In this document: positions 1-8,270 of the stretch, one piece after another
How the letters are laid out: the number at the start of each line of letters is the position of its first letter
Position numbering within the stretch: position 1 is the stretch's first letter
From: a virus
Taxonomy: Duplodnaviria; Caudoviricetes
Strand: one strand, 5' to 3'
Virus record (IMG/VR): IMGVR_UViG_3300035670_000803
Location: 1 to 33,487 of that record
Length of the DNA stretch: 33,487 nucleotides
Notes under the pieces: generated by a model
Database searches by the model: none
What the model was told of the DNA's origin: nothing
What the model saw: only the letters and a program-made list of their open reading frames with translations
Position numbers and translations under genes: made by a program

Positions 1-403
1 TAATGGAAGAATTAGAATGGCAACTTGGACAGCTGATGGTGATACTGCAGCTTATAGAGATACTGCAACCAACTGTATTGCTTTAATTGCTTCAGACCAA
101 AGACTTAAAAAAGATTTAGAAGTTATCTCTAATCCAATAGAAAAAGTAAAAGCAATAACAGGTTACACTTATAGAAAGATAGATGATGAACCAACTGAAA
201 AAAAGAAATATGGTGTAATGGCACAAGATGTTTTAGCAGTTGCTCCTGAACTTACTTTCACATTTACAAATGAAGATGACCCAGAAACCTATTATGGTGT
301 CCATTATGATAAGTTACCTACATTATTATTAGAAGCAATCAAAGAGCAACAAAAGATAATTGAGGACTTAAAAACAAGATTGGAAATACTTGAGTCCAAA
401 TAG
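1..403 (+). CDS. C-terminal part of tail fibre/spike with intramolecular chaperone (Peptidase_S74-like) domain; 5' truncated
   Basis: Frame is open from position 2. SDQRLKKD..I...G.TY...YGVMAQDV..VAPEL..V.YDKL...LLEAIKEQQ plus a coiled coil matches the S74 autocleaving chaperone pattern. Confidence 0.85.
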   Translation, partial: NGRIRMATWTADGDTAAYRDTATNCIALIASDQRLKKDLEVISNPIEKVKAITGYTYRKIDDEPTEKKKYGVMAQDVLAVAPELTFTFTNEDDPETYYGVHYDKLPTLLLEAIKEQQKIIEDLKTRLEILESK

Positions 404-406
404 CAG

Positions 407-436
407 TTGAAATAAACAGCACAATTTATTATTCCT
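407..436 (+). promoter_or_regulatory. Putative late, leaderless promoter TTGAAA-N17-TATTCCT
   Basis: TTGAAA 407-412, TATTCCT 430-436, ATG at 442. The same geometry recurs before other virion genes. Confidence 0.6.
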
Positions 437-441
437 ATCTT

Positions 442-1101
442 ATGACCATTTACTATGATGCAGGAACAATATTAAAATCAGTTGGTGCTTTAACAGAACA
501 GGATGCTGTTCTACCAGTTGGTACTGACCTTGATGTAAGACTTGCATACATGAATGATGCTCTAGGTGAATGGGCTGATGCCTACACTTGGCAGGATTTA
601 AGGGTTCAATACCCTATTGTTACAAATAATGTTTCAACTGTTTCTATTGGACTACCTACAAATTTTAGACAACCTCTATCTTCTGTATGGGAATACACAG
701 ATGCAGGAAACAAGATTGAACACAAACTAATTTTAGGTGAGGATAGATTTAATAAAGATGCAGATACAACAGATGCTTATATTACAGGCCCAATACTTTC
801 AAAATCAATTCAATTTATAAATCCACTAGCTAGTGGTGTGTCTTTGGTAATAGACTATATGTCTTTTCCATCTTCAGTTGCAACTATGACTGACTTTGTT
901 CCAGTAGCATCATCACAGTATTTGGTAAAAAGAGTTGCTTCTATGGTCTTTCAGGCAAGAGGAGATTCAAGATTTCCACAATTATATGCAGAAGCTCAAA
1001 GACTTCTTGCAAACACCATTGAGGAACAGAATGTGCCTTTTGGGAGGCTAAATAGAATACCTATGAATACATTTGGTTTCACAATGGGAGTTGATGGATA
1101 A
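442..1101 (+). CDS. Probable head-to-tail adaptor / tail tubular protein A-like
   Basis: 219 aa, lies just before the 652-aa stabilisation-like gene; N-terminal helical 'YMNDAL.EWA..Y.W..L' pattern resembles podovirus adaptors. Confidence 0.55.
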   Translation: MTIYYDAGTILKSVGALTEQDAVLPVGTDLDVRLAYMNDALGEWADAYTWQDLRVQYPIVTNNVSTVSIGLPTNFRQPLSSVWEYTDAGNKIEHKLILGEDRFNKDADTTDAYITGPILSKSIQFINPLASGVSLVIDYMSFPSSVATMTDFVPVASSQYLVKRVASMVFQARGDSRFPQLYAEAQRLLANTIEEQNVPFGRLNRIPMNTFGFTMGVDG

Positions 1102-3059
1102 TGCCTAGTTTAAGCACTAATATCCCATCATTTTTACCACAAAAAATATTTGAAGCTAATTATTTAGGCTTTTCAGGTGGGCTTAATACCTTTTACAAAC
1201 CAACAGAAATTAAAAAAGATGAATTAGCTGTTGCTAATAACTGTATGCTTATTGGTAAAGGAGTTGTAACATCCAGATGGGGTAGTGAAACTTACTTTCA
1301 AGCAGGAACTGGTGATGTTAAATACATGGATGTATATAACAATATTGATACCTCAACTAGAGAGTTACTAGCACTTACTGATGCTGGATATTTAATAAAA
1401 AAATCTGGTGCTTCTTATAATATTATTGCTGGTGCTTCATTTGCTTCAGGAGCTGTGGCATCATTTACACAGATTGGAAATTATGAATATATTGCAAGTT
1501 CTTCAAACAATTTATCAAGATATGATGGCACTTCTATTACAACATATACAGCAATATCTAGACCAACTATTTCAGGAGGAGTTTCCCTTGTTTCAGGTGC
1601 TACTGGAACTGCTGTCTGGAGTTATGTTGTAACAGCATTTTCAACAACAGGTGAAACTTTGCCATCAGACCCTGTATTTCTAAACAATGCTAATTTTGAT
1701 AGAGAAACTTTTATTGCAAATATTGCATGGAGTCAGCCATCTACAGCTTCAACTGCTATAACAGGTTATGGAATTTACTGTGGTTTAGCTGGGGAGGAAA
1801 CTCTTATTGCTACAGTTGGCCCAACAGTTAGGTCAATTGTTGATGAGGGGTTACCACAATCCTCTACATTTGCACCAACAACTGACACAACAGGTGGGGT
1901 TAAAGCTAAATACATTAAAAGATTTGATGACAGACTAATACTTGCTGGTATTGATGGAGACCCAACAATGGTCATGATTTCAGGTAAATACCCATACCAA
2001 GACAGATTTAACTGGCAAAATGGTGGAGGTTATATCAAAGTAGCCCCAGATTCTGGTGATGAGATTACAGGAATTGAAGTGGTTGCAACAAATGCAGTTG
2101 GGGCATCTTTATCTGCATCTATTTTGGTATTTATGAATAACTCAATTCACCAAGTAGTGCTTTCTTATATAACAGTAGGTAATTACTCTATATTAAACCC
2201 AACAGTCCAACAAATATCTGTTGCAGGTGCATCTAACTTTAAGGGGATTAAAAATATTCAAAACAATACTTTCTATTTTGGTAATCAAGGACTTCAGACT
2301 GTAGGCCCTGAAGCAAATTACTTTAATATTTTAAGAACAAGAGAGGTTAGTGAAAGAATTAGACCATTTGTTGATTCATTATCAGAATCAGATGCTCAAC
2401 AAGTTGTTGCTGGATACATGGACTACAAATATATATTCTCTTTCAAAAGACTTAAACAGACTTGGATTTATGATTACCAAAGAGGATGTTTCATGGGAGC
2501 ATGGCAAACACCATTTGGTATTACATCTTGGTATGAGTACATAGATGATGATGGAGAATTTCACTACCTTGCTGGTTGTGATGATGGTTTTGTTAGAGAG
2601 TTCTCAACTTTATATTTAACTGACTCTGGAACTGCAATTACTAAACAAATGGTTACAAGAAAAGAAACATTTGATAACTGGGGAGTGTTAAAAGTTATAA
2701 GACAGATGTACTTACTATTTAGAAATGTGTCTGGAACAGTATCTGTAAATATTATTATTGAAAATAGAGATGGTACAACATCAGTTATTGCTAAATCATT
2801 TGAAGTTGTTGGAACAAATGGTGGTACTGGATGGGGTACTGACTTATGGGGTTCTCATTTGTGGGGGCAATCAAATACCAATATTCAACAAGCAGAACCA
2901 GATGACATTATTAGATGGTTAAATTTATATAAAACTGCAAGAACTATTCAGGTAGAAATCATACAAACAACTGCTCAATCTAACTTTGAGTTTGCTGAAG
3001 TTAAAATGAGTGCAACATTCCAACCAGAGGGTTCTATTTCTTCATCTTTAAGAATCTAG
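1101..3059 (+). CDS. Probable tail nozzle / DNA stabilisation protein (P22 gp10 / tubular protein B-like)
   Basis: 652 aa, beta-rich, N-terminal 'F.GGLN....P..I...E...A.N' motif and WG repeats near the C-terminus; follows the adaptor gene. Confidence 0.65.
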   Translation: MPSLSTNIPSFLPQKIFEANYLGFSGGLNTFYKPTEIKKDELAVANNCMLIGKGVVTSRWGSETYFQAGTGDVKYMDVYNNIDTSTRELLALTDAGYLIKKSGASYNIIAGASFASGAVASFTQIGNYEYIASSSNNLSRYDGTSITTYTAISRPTISGGVSLVSGATGTAVWSYVVTAFSTTGETLPSDPVFLNNANFDRETFIANIAWSQPSTASTAITGYGIYCGLAGEETLIATVGPTVRSIVDEGLPQSSTFAPTTDTTGGVKAKYIKRFDDRLILAGIDGDPTMVMISGKYPYQDRFNWQNGGGYIKVAPDSGDEITGIEVVATNAVGASLSASILVFMNNSIHQVVLSYITVGNYSILNPTVQQISVAGASNFKGIKNIQNNTFYFGNQGLQTVGPEANYFNILRTREVSERIRPFVDSLSESDAQQVVAGYMDYKYIFSFKRLKQTWIYDYQRGCFMGAWQTPFGITSWYEYIDDDGEFHYLAGCDDGFVREFSTLYLTDSGTAITKQMVTRKETFDNWGVLKVIRQMYLLFRNVSGTVSVNIIIENRDGTTSVIAKSFEVVGTNGGTGWGTDLWGSHLWGQSNTNIQQAEPDDIIRWLNLYKTARTIQVEIIQTTAQSNFEFAEVKMSATFQPEGSISSSLRI

Positions 3060-3089
3060 TTGAAAAACTCTATAATCTTTTATATTTCT
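3060..3089 (+). promoter_or_regulatory. Putative late, leaderless promoter TTGAAA-N17-TATTTCT
   Basis: TTGAAA 3060-3065, TATTTCT 3083-3089, ATG at 3095. Confidence 0.6.
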
Positions 3090-3094
3090 AGGTT

Positions 3095-3997
3095 ATGGCA
3101 AACTTATATTCAGTACCATTAAAAAACTCAATTCAAAAAACTTTAGCTGGAACATTAACCCAAGCTGAAACTGCAACTATTACTTTAGATTCTTCAGTTG
3201 CTTTAGAACTACAAGCATCTGCTACTATGGCAGGACTTTTAGTAATTGATAGAGTTGATGTAAATGGAAACCTTACACCTGCAAAAACTGAATATATTTC
3301 TTATACAGGAGTTTCAGGTTCTACTGTTACAGGTTTAACAAGAGGTCTTTCTGGAACATCTGCACAAGGTCATGCTATTGGAGCTATAGTTGAGTTTGTT
3401 CCTGATGTTACATGGGCTCAAGCAATAAATGATGTATTCACTACACAACACAATGATGATGGAACACATAAAACTTTATCTTCTATCTCACTTGCTTCTG
3501 TTACAATTAATTACCCTTACATAAATGGAGGTTCTGCAACATCCCTTGCAATAAACTACTCTCAATTACAAAATGTTACTTTAGATGGGTACTCTGCATA
3601 TAATTCAACAATTATTGGGGCATCACTTGCATCAGTTCAGATAACAGCATCTGTATTAAATGATGTTTCAATTTATGGAACTTATATTCCTTATATGACA
3701 AAGCTAAATGCTTTAGCATCTACTGGTTTTGATTTAGGAGTTTCAAACATTTTTACAACAACACTTTCTACAGCTACAACAACCTTTACAATCTCAAACC
3801 CAGCAGTTTCTGCTTTTGTTATAAGAGTAGGACAAGATGGTACAGGTGGAAGAAGAGTTGTATGGTTTGACACAATTAAGTGGGCAGGAGGCACAGTTCC
3901 AACCCTAACCTCAACAGCATCAAAAACTGATGTCTTTGGTTTCTTATGCACAGCATCAGGATACTATGATGGTTATGCAGTTGGTTACAACTTGTAA
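3095..3997 (+). CDS. Ser/Thr-rich virion (tail-associated) protein
   Basis: 'EYISYTG......TGLTRG..GT.A..H' N-terminal motif and 'QDGTGGR...W...KWAGG..PTLT.....DVFGF' C-terminal module, as seen in phage tail/fibre proteins. Confidence 0.6.
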   Translation: MANLYSVPLKNSIQKTLAGTLTQAETATITLDSSVALELQASATMAGLLVIDRVDVNGNLTPAKTEYISYTGVSGSTVTGLTRGLSGTSAQGHAIGAIVEFVPDVTWAQAINDVFTTQHNDDGTHKTLSSISLASVTINYPYINGGSATSLAINYSQLQNVTLDGYSAYNSTIIGASLASVQITASVLNDVSIYGTYIPYMTKLNALASTGFDLGVSNIFTTTLSTATTTFTISNPAVSAFVIRVGQDGTGGRRVVWFDTIKWAGGTVPTLTSTASKTDVFGFLCTASGYYDGYAVGYNL

Positions 3998-5184
3998 TGC
4001 CAAGACAATTCAAAGCAACTGACACATCTCAATGGGCAGAACAATTTGGAACTGGTAAAGATGGTGCTATTAATATTACTGAAGCTGGAACAAGAGATTT
4101 TAAGGTTGCAAGTTCTCCTTTTACTACAGATGCAAATTCTTTTGCTTCTTTTACAGGAACAAGTGGTAATTCTTCAGGAAGTGCAACAGATGTTTGGGGA
4201 TTTCACCCAATATACACTTTTATAGGTGATTATGTATTAATTCATCAAACACAAGGAACAAATGTTGGTAACTGGGAATTAAATGTAATTACAGGTGGGA
4301 TACCAGCTTCAGGTGGTACATCAACTTTGACCTTAAAATATCCCTTACAAAATACTTATACAACTGGTTGCCAAATAATTAAATGTCCTCAATTTTCAAG
4401 TTTTACTTTAGGTGCATCAACATCTTTAACTCAAAGTTATTGGCAAGGTACTTGGGGTGGTATTGTTGCTTTCTTTTGTAATGGAACTACAACTCTTAAT
4501 GGTCTTTTATCTGTAAATGAAAGAGGTTCAAGAGGGGGTTTTGGTAGAGATTTTGGTTCTACTGCATTTACTGGAGAAAATGAAAACAATACTGGTCTGC
4601 AACAAACTTCTGCTTCTTATAATGGAGGTGGAGGTTCTGATGGTGATAATGGTGATGGTAGAGGTGCCTCTGGTGGTGGAGGTGGTAATTATACTGTTGG
4701 AAGTGCTGGTTCTACTGAAGGTGGTGGTGCTGTTGGTGGGAGTGGTGGTGCTGTTGCTCAAACTAATACTGAATTAACTGTTAATGTATTTGGTGGAGGT
4801 GGAGGTGGTGGTTCAAGGACTGGTTCTGGTGCTTATCCTGCAGGTGGAGCTGGTGGTGGGTTAATTTTTATATTTACAAAAGACCTACAAGTTAATAATC
4901 AAATATTAAGTAATGGTGGTTTAGGGCAAACAAGTGGTGATGGTGGAGGTGGAGGTGGTGCTGGTGGTTGTGTATTGATAAAAACAATTACAGCAACACT
5001 TGGTAGTAATCAAATAAATGCTTTAGGTAATACTGGTGGGATTAGAGGTGGTACTGGAGGAAATGGAAGAATACATTTAGACTATGCTTCTTCTTATACA
5101 GGCACAACTTCTCCAACTTTAAGTGCAACTCAAGACAGTTCTTTGTATCCAGCAGGGGGAGCTTTTATTTATAATTTACTATGA
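3997..5184 (+). CDS. Glycine-rich virion/tail protein
   Basis: 395 aa with multiple GGGG(S/A)GG tracts alternating with short beta strands; located in the tail module. Confidence 0.6.
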   Translation: MPRQFKATDTSQWAEQFGTGKDGAINITEAGTRDFKVASSPFTTDANSFASFTGTSGNSSGSATDVWGFHPIYTFIGDYVLIHQTQGTNVGNWELNVITGGIPASGGTSTLTLKYPLQNTYTTGCQIIKCPQFSSFTLGASTSLTQSYWQGTWGGIVAFFCNGTTTLNGLLSVNERGSRGGFGRDFGSTAFTGENENNTGLQQTSASYNGGGGSDGDNGDGRGASGGGGGNYTVGSAGSTEGGGAVGGSGGAVAQTNTELTVNVFGGGGGGGSRTGSGAYPAGGAGGGLIFIFTKDLQVNNQILSNGGLGQTSGDGGGGGGAGGCVLIKTITATLGSNQINALGNTGGIRGGTGGNGRIHLDYASSYTGTTSPTLSATQDSSLYPAGGAFIYNLL

Positions 5185-5369
5185 GGGTAGATGAAAGAAT
5201 GGCTAAACTAGAGGAAAAGGTAGAGAACATCAAGGAAAACCTTGATAATGTTGTCCATAATAAACTACCTAATATTGAAAGAAAAATAGAGGGATTACAA
5301 AAATATATCTTTATAGGCATTGGACTTGCTATGGCAATTCAATTTGCTTTTTCACATTTTGTAAAATAA
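5181..5369 (+). CDS. Small coiled-coil protein with C-terminal TM helix (XhlA/holin-like lysis protein)
   Basis: Coiled-coil N-terminus, hydrophobic IFIGIGLAMAIQFAF, immediately upstream of the endolysin. Confidence 0.55.
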   Translation: MRVDERMAKLEEKVENIKENLDNVVHNKLPNIERKIEGLQKYIFIGIGLAMAIQFAFSHFVK

Positions 5370-5381
5370 TTTTGTATTAGT
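5351..5381 (+). promoter_or_regulatory. Putative late, leaderless promoter TTCACA...TATTAGT
   Basis: TATTAGT 5375-5381, 12 nt before ATG 5387; TTCACA at 5351 (18-nt spacer). Confidence 0.5.
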
Positions 5382-5386
5382 AGGTT

Positions 5387-6103
5387 ATGACATTACAAGA
5401 GTTCATAACTAAATATAAAAATAAGACAGTAGATTTTGATGGAGCTTATGGGGGTCAATGTGTTGATTTGTTCAACAAATACCTAGTAGATGTACTTGGT
5501 ATTACAAACCCTATACAACAGTTTCCAGTAGCATCTGCTTATCAGATTTATGGTTATGCAAAGAATAACAGTTCATTTGTTTGTATCCCTAATGACCCAA
5601 CAGCAGTTCCTCAAGCTGGGGATATTATAATCTGGAATCAAGGAGTTGGTTCTCATGGTCATGTAGGCATATTTGTTGAGGGGGATGTAATGAGCTTTAG
5701 GTCATTTGAACAGAACTGGAATGGTATTCAAAAGTGTGTAATTGTTAATCACCCTTATGACCATGTAACTGGATGGTTAAGACCAAAAAGAAATATTCCT
5801 GAACCTGTTGTTGTAAAACCAACACCACAACCAATCTATACTCCAGAACCTGTTGTAACACCTACACCAGTAGTTGTACCACAACCAGTTCCAACACATA
5901 CTCATACAGAAGAAAAACCAAAACCATTAATTGATTTAACAATGCTTGATGGAAACAAAACAAAAATTGTTACAGGAATTGTTATTGTAATAGCTATACT
6001 TGCTCAACAAGGCTATATAGATGACAAAATGGTAGAAACTATCAACATGATTACAACAGCTCTTATTGGATACACTTTAAGAGATGCAATTAAAAAGAAA
6101 TAA
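5387..6103 (+). CDS. CHAP-domain endolysin with Pro/Thr/Val linker and C-terminal hydrophobic helices
   Basis: DFDGAYGGQCVDL (catalytic Cys), GDIIIW, HGHVGI (His) and EQNW are CHAP motifs. Confidence 0.85.
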   Translation: MTLQEFITKYKNKTVDFDGAYGGQCVDLFNKYLVDVLGITNPIQQFPVASAYQIYGYAKNNSSFVCIPNDPTAVPQAGDIIIWNQGVGSHGHVGIFVEGDVMSFRSFEQNWNGIQKCVIVNHPYDHVTGWLRPKRNIPEPVVVKPTPQPIYTPEPVVTPTPVVVPQPVPTHTHTEEKPKPLIDLTMLDGNKTKIVTGIVIVIAILAQQGYIDDKMVETINMITTALIGYTLRDAIKKK

Positions 6104-6108
6104 ATAAT

Positions 6109-6174
6109 CTGTACTGCCTTATGGTTTTAAAGTAAATAAAATTGAAATTAATTATTTATTTTAAGGCAGTACAG
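6109..6174. repeat. Perfect 13-bp inverted repeat around a 40-nt AT-rich spacer
   Basis: ctgtactgcctta (6109-6121) / taaggcagtacag (6162-6174). Confidence 0.85.
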
Positions 6175-6204
6175 CAGACAAAAGAATTATCATTATTATA
6201 CTCC

Positions 6205-6293
6205 ACAAAAAAAGGTCAGATTGCTCTGACCTTTTTATGATGAAAAATTTTCCTGCCCATGAAATTTATTCATAGTTCCAACCTGAATTGGAT
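6205..6293 (-). ncRNA. Candidate antisense sRNA-1 (about 88 nt)
   Basis: Minus-strand extended -10 TGtTATAAT (6308-6300), two short hairpins, ends in the 6207-6236 terminator, and contains segments complementary to 6357-6371 and 6460-6472. Confidence 0.55.
6207..6236. terminator. Bidirectional intrinsic terminator
   Basis: aaaaaaaggtcaga-ttgc-tctgaccttttt, giving a U-tract on both strands. Confidence 0.85.
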
Positions 6294-6321
6294 ATTTGAA
6301 TTATAACATATAACCAAATTC

Positions 6322-6349
6322 TTGACACTATTGGTAGATACATTACAAT
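6322..6349 (+). promoter_or_regulatory. Sigma70-type early rightward promoter
   Basis: TTGACA 6322-6327, 16-nt spacer, TACAAT 6344-6349. Confidence 0.7.
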
Positions 6350-6360
6350 AGATTTAGCCT

Positions 6361-6426
6361 ATGAAATTTATAATTAAATACCCTTATTACCATTGCAATA
6401 TTTATTTTATGAAAGGTCTGTTATGA
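6361..6426 (+). CDS. Putative 21-aa leader peptide MKFIIKYPYYHCNIYFMKGLL, coupled to the next gene
   Basis: ATG about 5 nt after the predicted TSS; its TGA overlaps ATG 6423 (ATGA). Confidence 0.4.
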   Translation: MKFIIKYPYYHCNIYFMKGLL

Positions 6427-6614
6427 CACAAGTCAAACTCCTGCTTGATAAAACCAAGCAAATTTTCCTGCCAAAAGGGAACACAGTATTTGATTTTACT
6501 GACATCTACAAATGTTGGTTACAAGGTAAATGCACCACACAATATCTGCATGATTATTGTATGAGGCAGATTGCTCTAGGGTTCAGTAAAGAATTAGAAA
6601 GGATACAAAAATGA
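6423..6614 (+). CDS. Hypothetical protein, first gene of the early rightward operon
   Basis: SD-like gaaagg before ATG 6423; the stop overlaps the next ATG. Confidence 0.6.
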   Translation: MTQVKLLLDKTKQIFLPKGNTVFDFTDIYKCWLQGKCTTQYLHDYCMRQIALGFSKELERIQK

Positions 6615-6748
6615 GATGCTTACCAGAACAAGACTTCTATTTAATTATAGGGGTTGCAATACTCACTTCATCTTTATGTGCAGTTTTGTTTGAGATGATA
6701 ATTAACAAATTCACCAAGAAAAAAAGAGGTAGAAAGAGTAGTAAATAA
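6611..6748 (+). CDS. 45-aa membrane protein (not in ORF track)
   Basis: MRCLPEQDFYLIIGVAILTSSLCAVLFEMIINKFTKKKRGRKSSK: one TM helix plus a basic tail; overlaps neighbours at both ends (ATGA, TAATG). Confidence 0.65.
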   Translation: MRCLPEQDFYLIIGVAILTSSLCAVLFEMIINKFTKKKRGRKSSK

Positions 6749-7209
6749 TGGCATGGGATTTATCAAACTATGAAACAGTAGAAGATAGAATTGATGCTTT
6801 CTACACAGATAACCAAGATGGAAGAATACTTACAGAGATTCACACACTAACTGCTGACAAAGTAATATTCAAAGCTCTTGTCTATGTAGGAGAAATCCTA
6901 GTTGCTACTGGTTTTGCTTATGAGAAAGAGGGTTCAACTCCTGTTAATAAAACATCTCATATAGAAAATGCTGAAACCTCTGCAATAGGTAGAGCATTGG
7001 CAAACTACAACTATGCCAAGAAAGGGGCTAGACCATCCAGAGAAGAAATGGAAAAGGTTGTAAGAATGCAAGAAGCACCAAAGACAGATACTGTATGGAC
7101 TGGTAAGTGTTCTAAATGTTCTACATCAATTCCTACATCAGTAGCAGTATTTAGTAAAAATAAATTTGGCAAACTACTTTGTAGAACCTGCCAAGAAAGT
7201 GAGAAATAA
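6748..7209 (+). CDS. Rad52/Sak-like single-strand annealing protein with C-terminal Zn finger
   Basis: 'Y.TV.DRI..F' and 'IENAETSAIGRALA' motifs; C-terminal CSKC...CRTC. Confidence 0.6.
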   Translation: MAWDLSNYETVEDRIDAFYTDNQDGRILTEIHTLTADKVIFKALVYVGEILVATGFAYEKEGSTPVNKTSHIENAETSAIGRALANYNYAKKGARPSREEMEKVVRMQEAPKTDTVWTGKCSKCSTSIPTSVAVFSKNKFGKLLCRTCQESEK

Positions 7210-7680
7210 ATGAAAAAAATAAAATTTAGAGCTTGGGGTGATAAGTATAAAAAAATGTTTTATCTTGATAATAAACAAGAAGAATTTTATAAAGGGGCTT
7301 TTCTTTTATGGGGAGAAAGAATAGGTAATTATTGGAAGCTTGGTGATGCAGACCATGAATGGGAAATATTTGGAGCAAGTAACTCAAATGATGGAACTGA
7401 ATCAAAAGATGTTTTGATGCAATACACAGGACTTAAAGATAAAAATGGAACAGAAATCTATGAGGGGGATATTGTTAGATATATTGCAGGAGAAAACTAC
7501 CAAACAATAGGAGTTGTAACTTGGGTAGATGAGAAGAACTCATTTAACTTTAAGACATATCCTTTGGTGTGTGCATTTGTAATCCACAATGAAAAAGAGA
7601 ATAAAACTGATAAGTTTGAATGGGATGAAACAGATTATATGGAAGTAATAGGAAATATTTATGAAAGTGAAAACAAATGA
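7210..7680 (+). CDS. YopX family protein
   Basis: IKFRAW...LMQYTGLKDKNG.EIYEGDIV...EVIGNIYE. Confidence 0.9.
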   Translation: MKKIKFRAWGDKYKKMFYLDNKQEEFYKGAFLLWGERIGNYWKLGDADHEWEIFGASNSNDGTESKDVLMQYTGLKDKNGTEIYEGDIVRYIAGENYQTIGVVTWVDEKNSFNFKTYPLVCAFVIHNEKENKTDKFEWDETDYMEVIGNIYESENK

Positions 7681-7862
7681 TTAATGACTTAAAGACAACA
7701 AGCAAAACATTACAAGCAATGCTCTCCTCCTGTGAGGAAATACTTCCTAACATTATTGATGAAAAGTATAAAGCCTACACAGAAGAATTTATTGAAGCAA
7801 CAAAGATAGTTCTTAAACAAGTAGAAGCATTAATTGAAGATAGTGAGGAAGCCAATGTTTGA
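7677..7862 (+). CDS. Hypothetical protein
   Basis: ATGA overlap with the YopX stop; codon usage like neighbours. Confidence 0.6.
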   Translation: MINDLKTTSKTLQAMLSSCEEILPNIIDEKYKAYTEEFIEATKIVLKQVEALIEDSEEANV

Positions 7863-8109
7863 ACAAAAACACATAGACAGTCTATTTGCAGACCTAACAA
7901 GATGGGGCATGACAGTAGTTACAAGTAAAGACAATTACAAAGATAAGATTGTTTTGAGGAGGCACTACTGGGATGATGATGCTCCAGATTGGAGATTTAC
8001 TATAGACAGAAACACAGACACTATTCATGAGTTTAGACTAGGGAAAAAGAATGCTAAAGAGAATCTTATAAAGTTTCTTAAAAATTCTAATCTTTGGGGG
8101 GAACAATAA
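7855..8109 (+). CDS. Hypothetical protein
   Basis: ATG 7855 preceded by gagg SD; last gene of the sub-operon. Confidence 0.6.
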   Translation: MFEQKHIDSLFADLTRWGMTVVTSKDNYKDKIVLRRHYWDDDAPDWRFTIDRNTDTIHEFRLGKKNAKENLIKFLKNSNLWGEQ

Positions 8110-8123
8110 TAGTAAAACAAATG

Positions 8124-8228
8124 GAGGGTAAAAACAATAATTGTCTTTACCCTCTTAAGTGTTAATGTGAAAGTGTTGCTGTGAGATAGCAATACTGGTT
8201 TTTGCTAGATAATGTGGGTTATCTAACA
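8124..8228 (+). other. Three consecutive stem-loops upstream of the replication gene
   Basis: Inverted repeats at 8124-8154, 8172-8196 (11 bp, two G-U) and 8203-8228. Confidence 0.6.
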
Positions 8229-8270
8229 GGACAATTATAACATTTTACCCACAAGAAAGTGATACTGCCA

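Noticed and set aside
1408-4777. Short alternative-frame and antisense ORFs inside tail genes (1408, 1775, 2350, 3691, 4517, 4528)
   Set aside because: Fully nested in long credible genes; their L/V/S/T-rich translations are frame shadows of biased codon usage.
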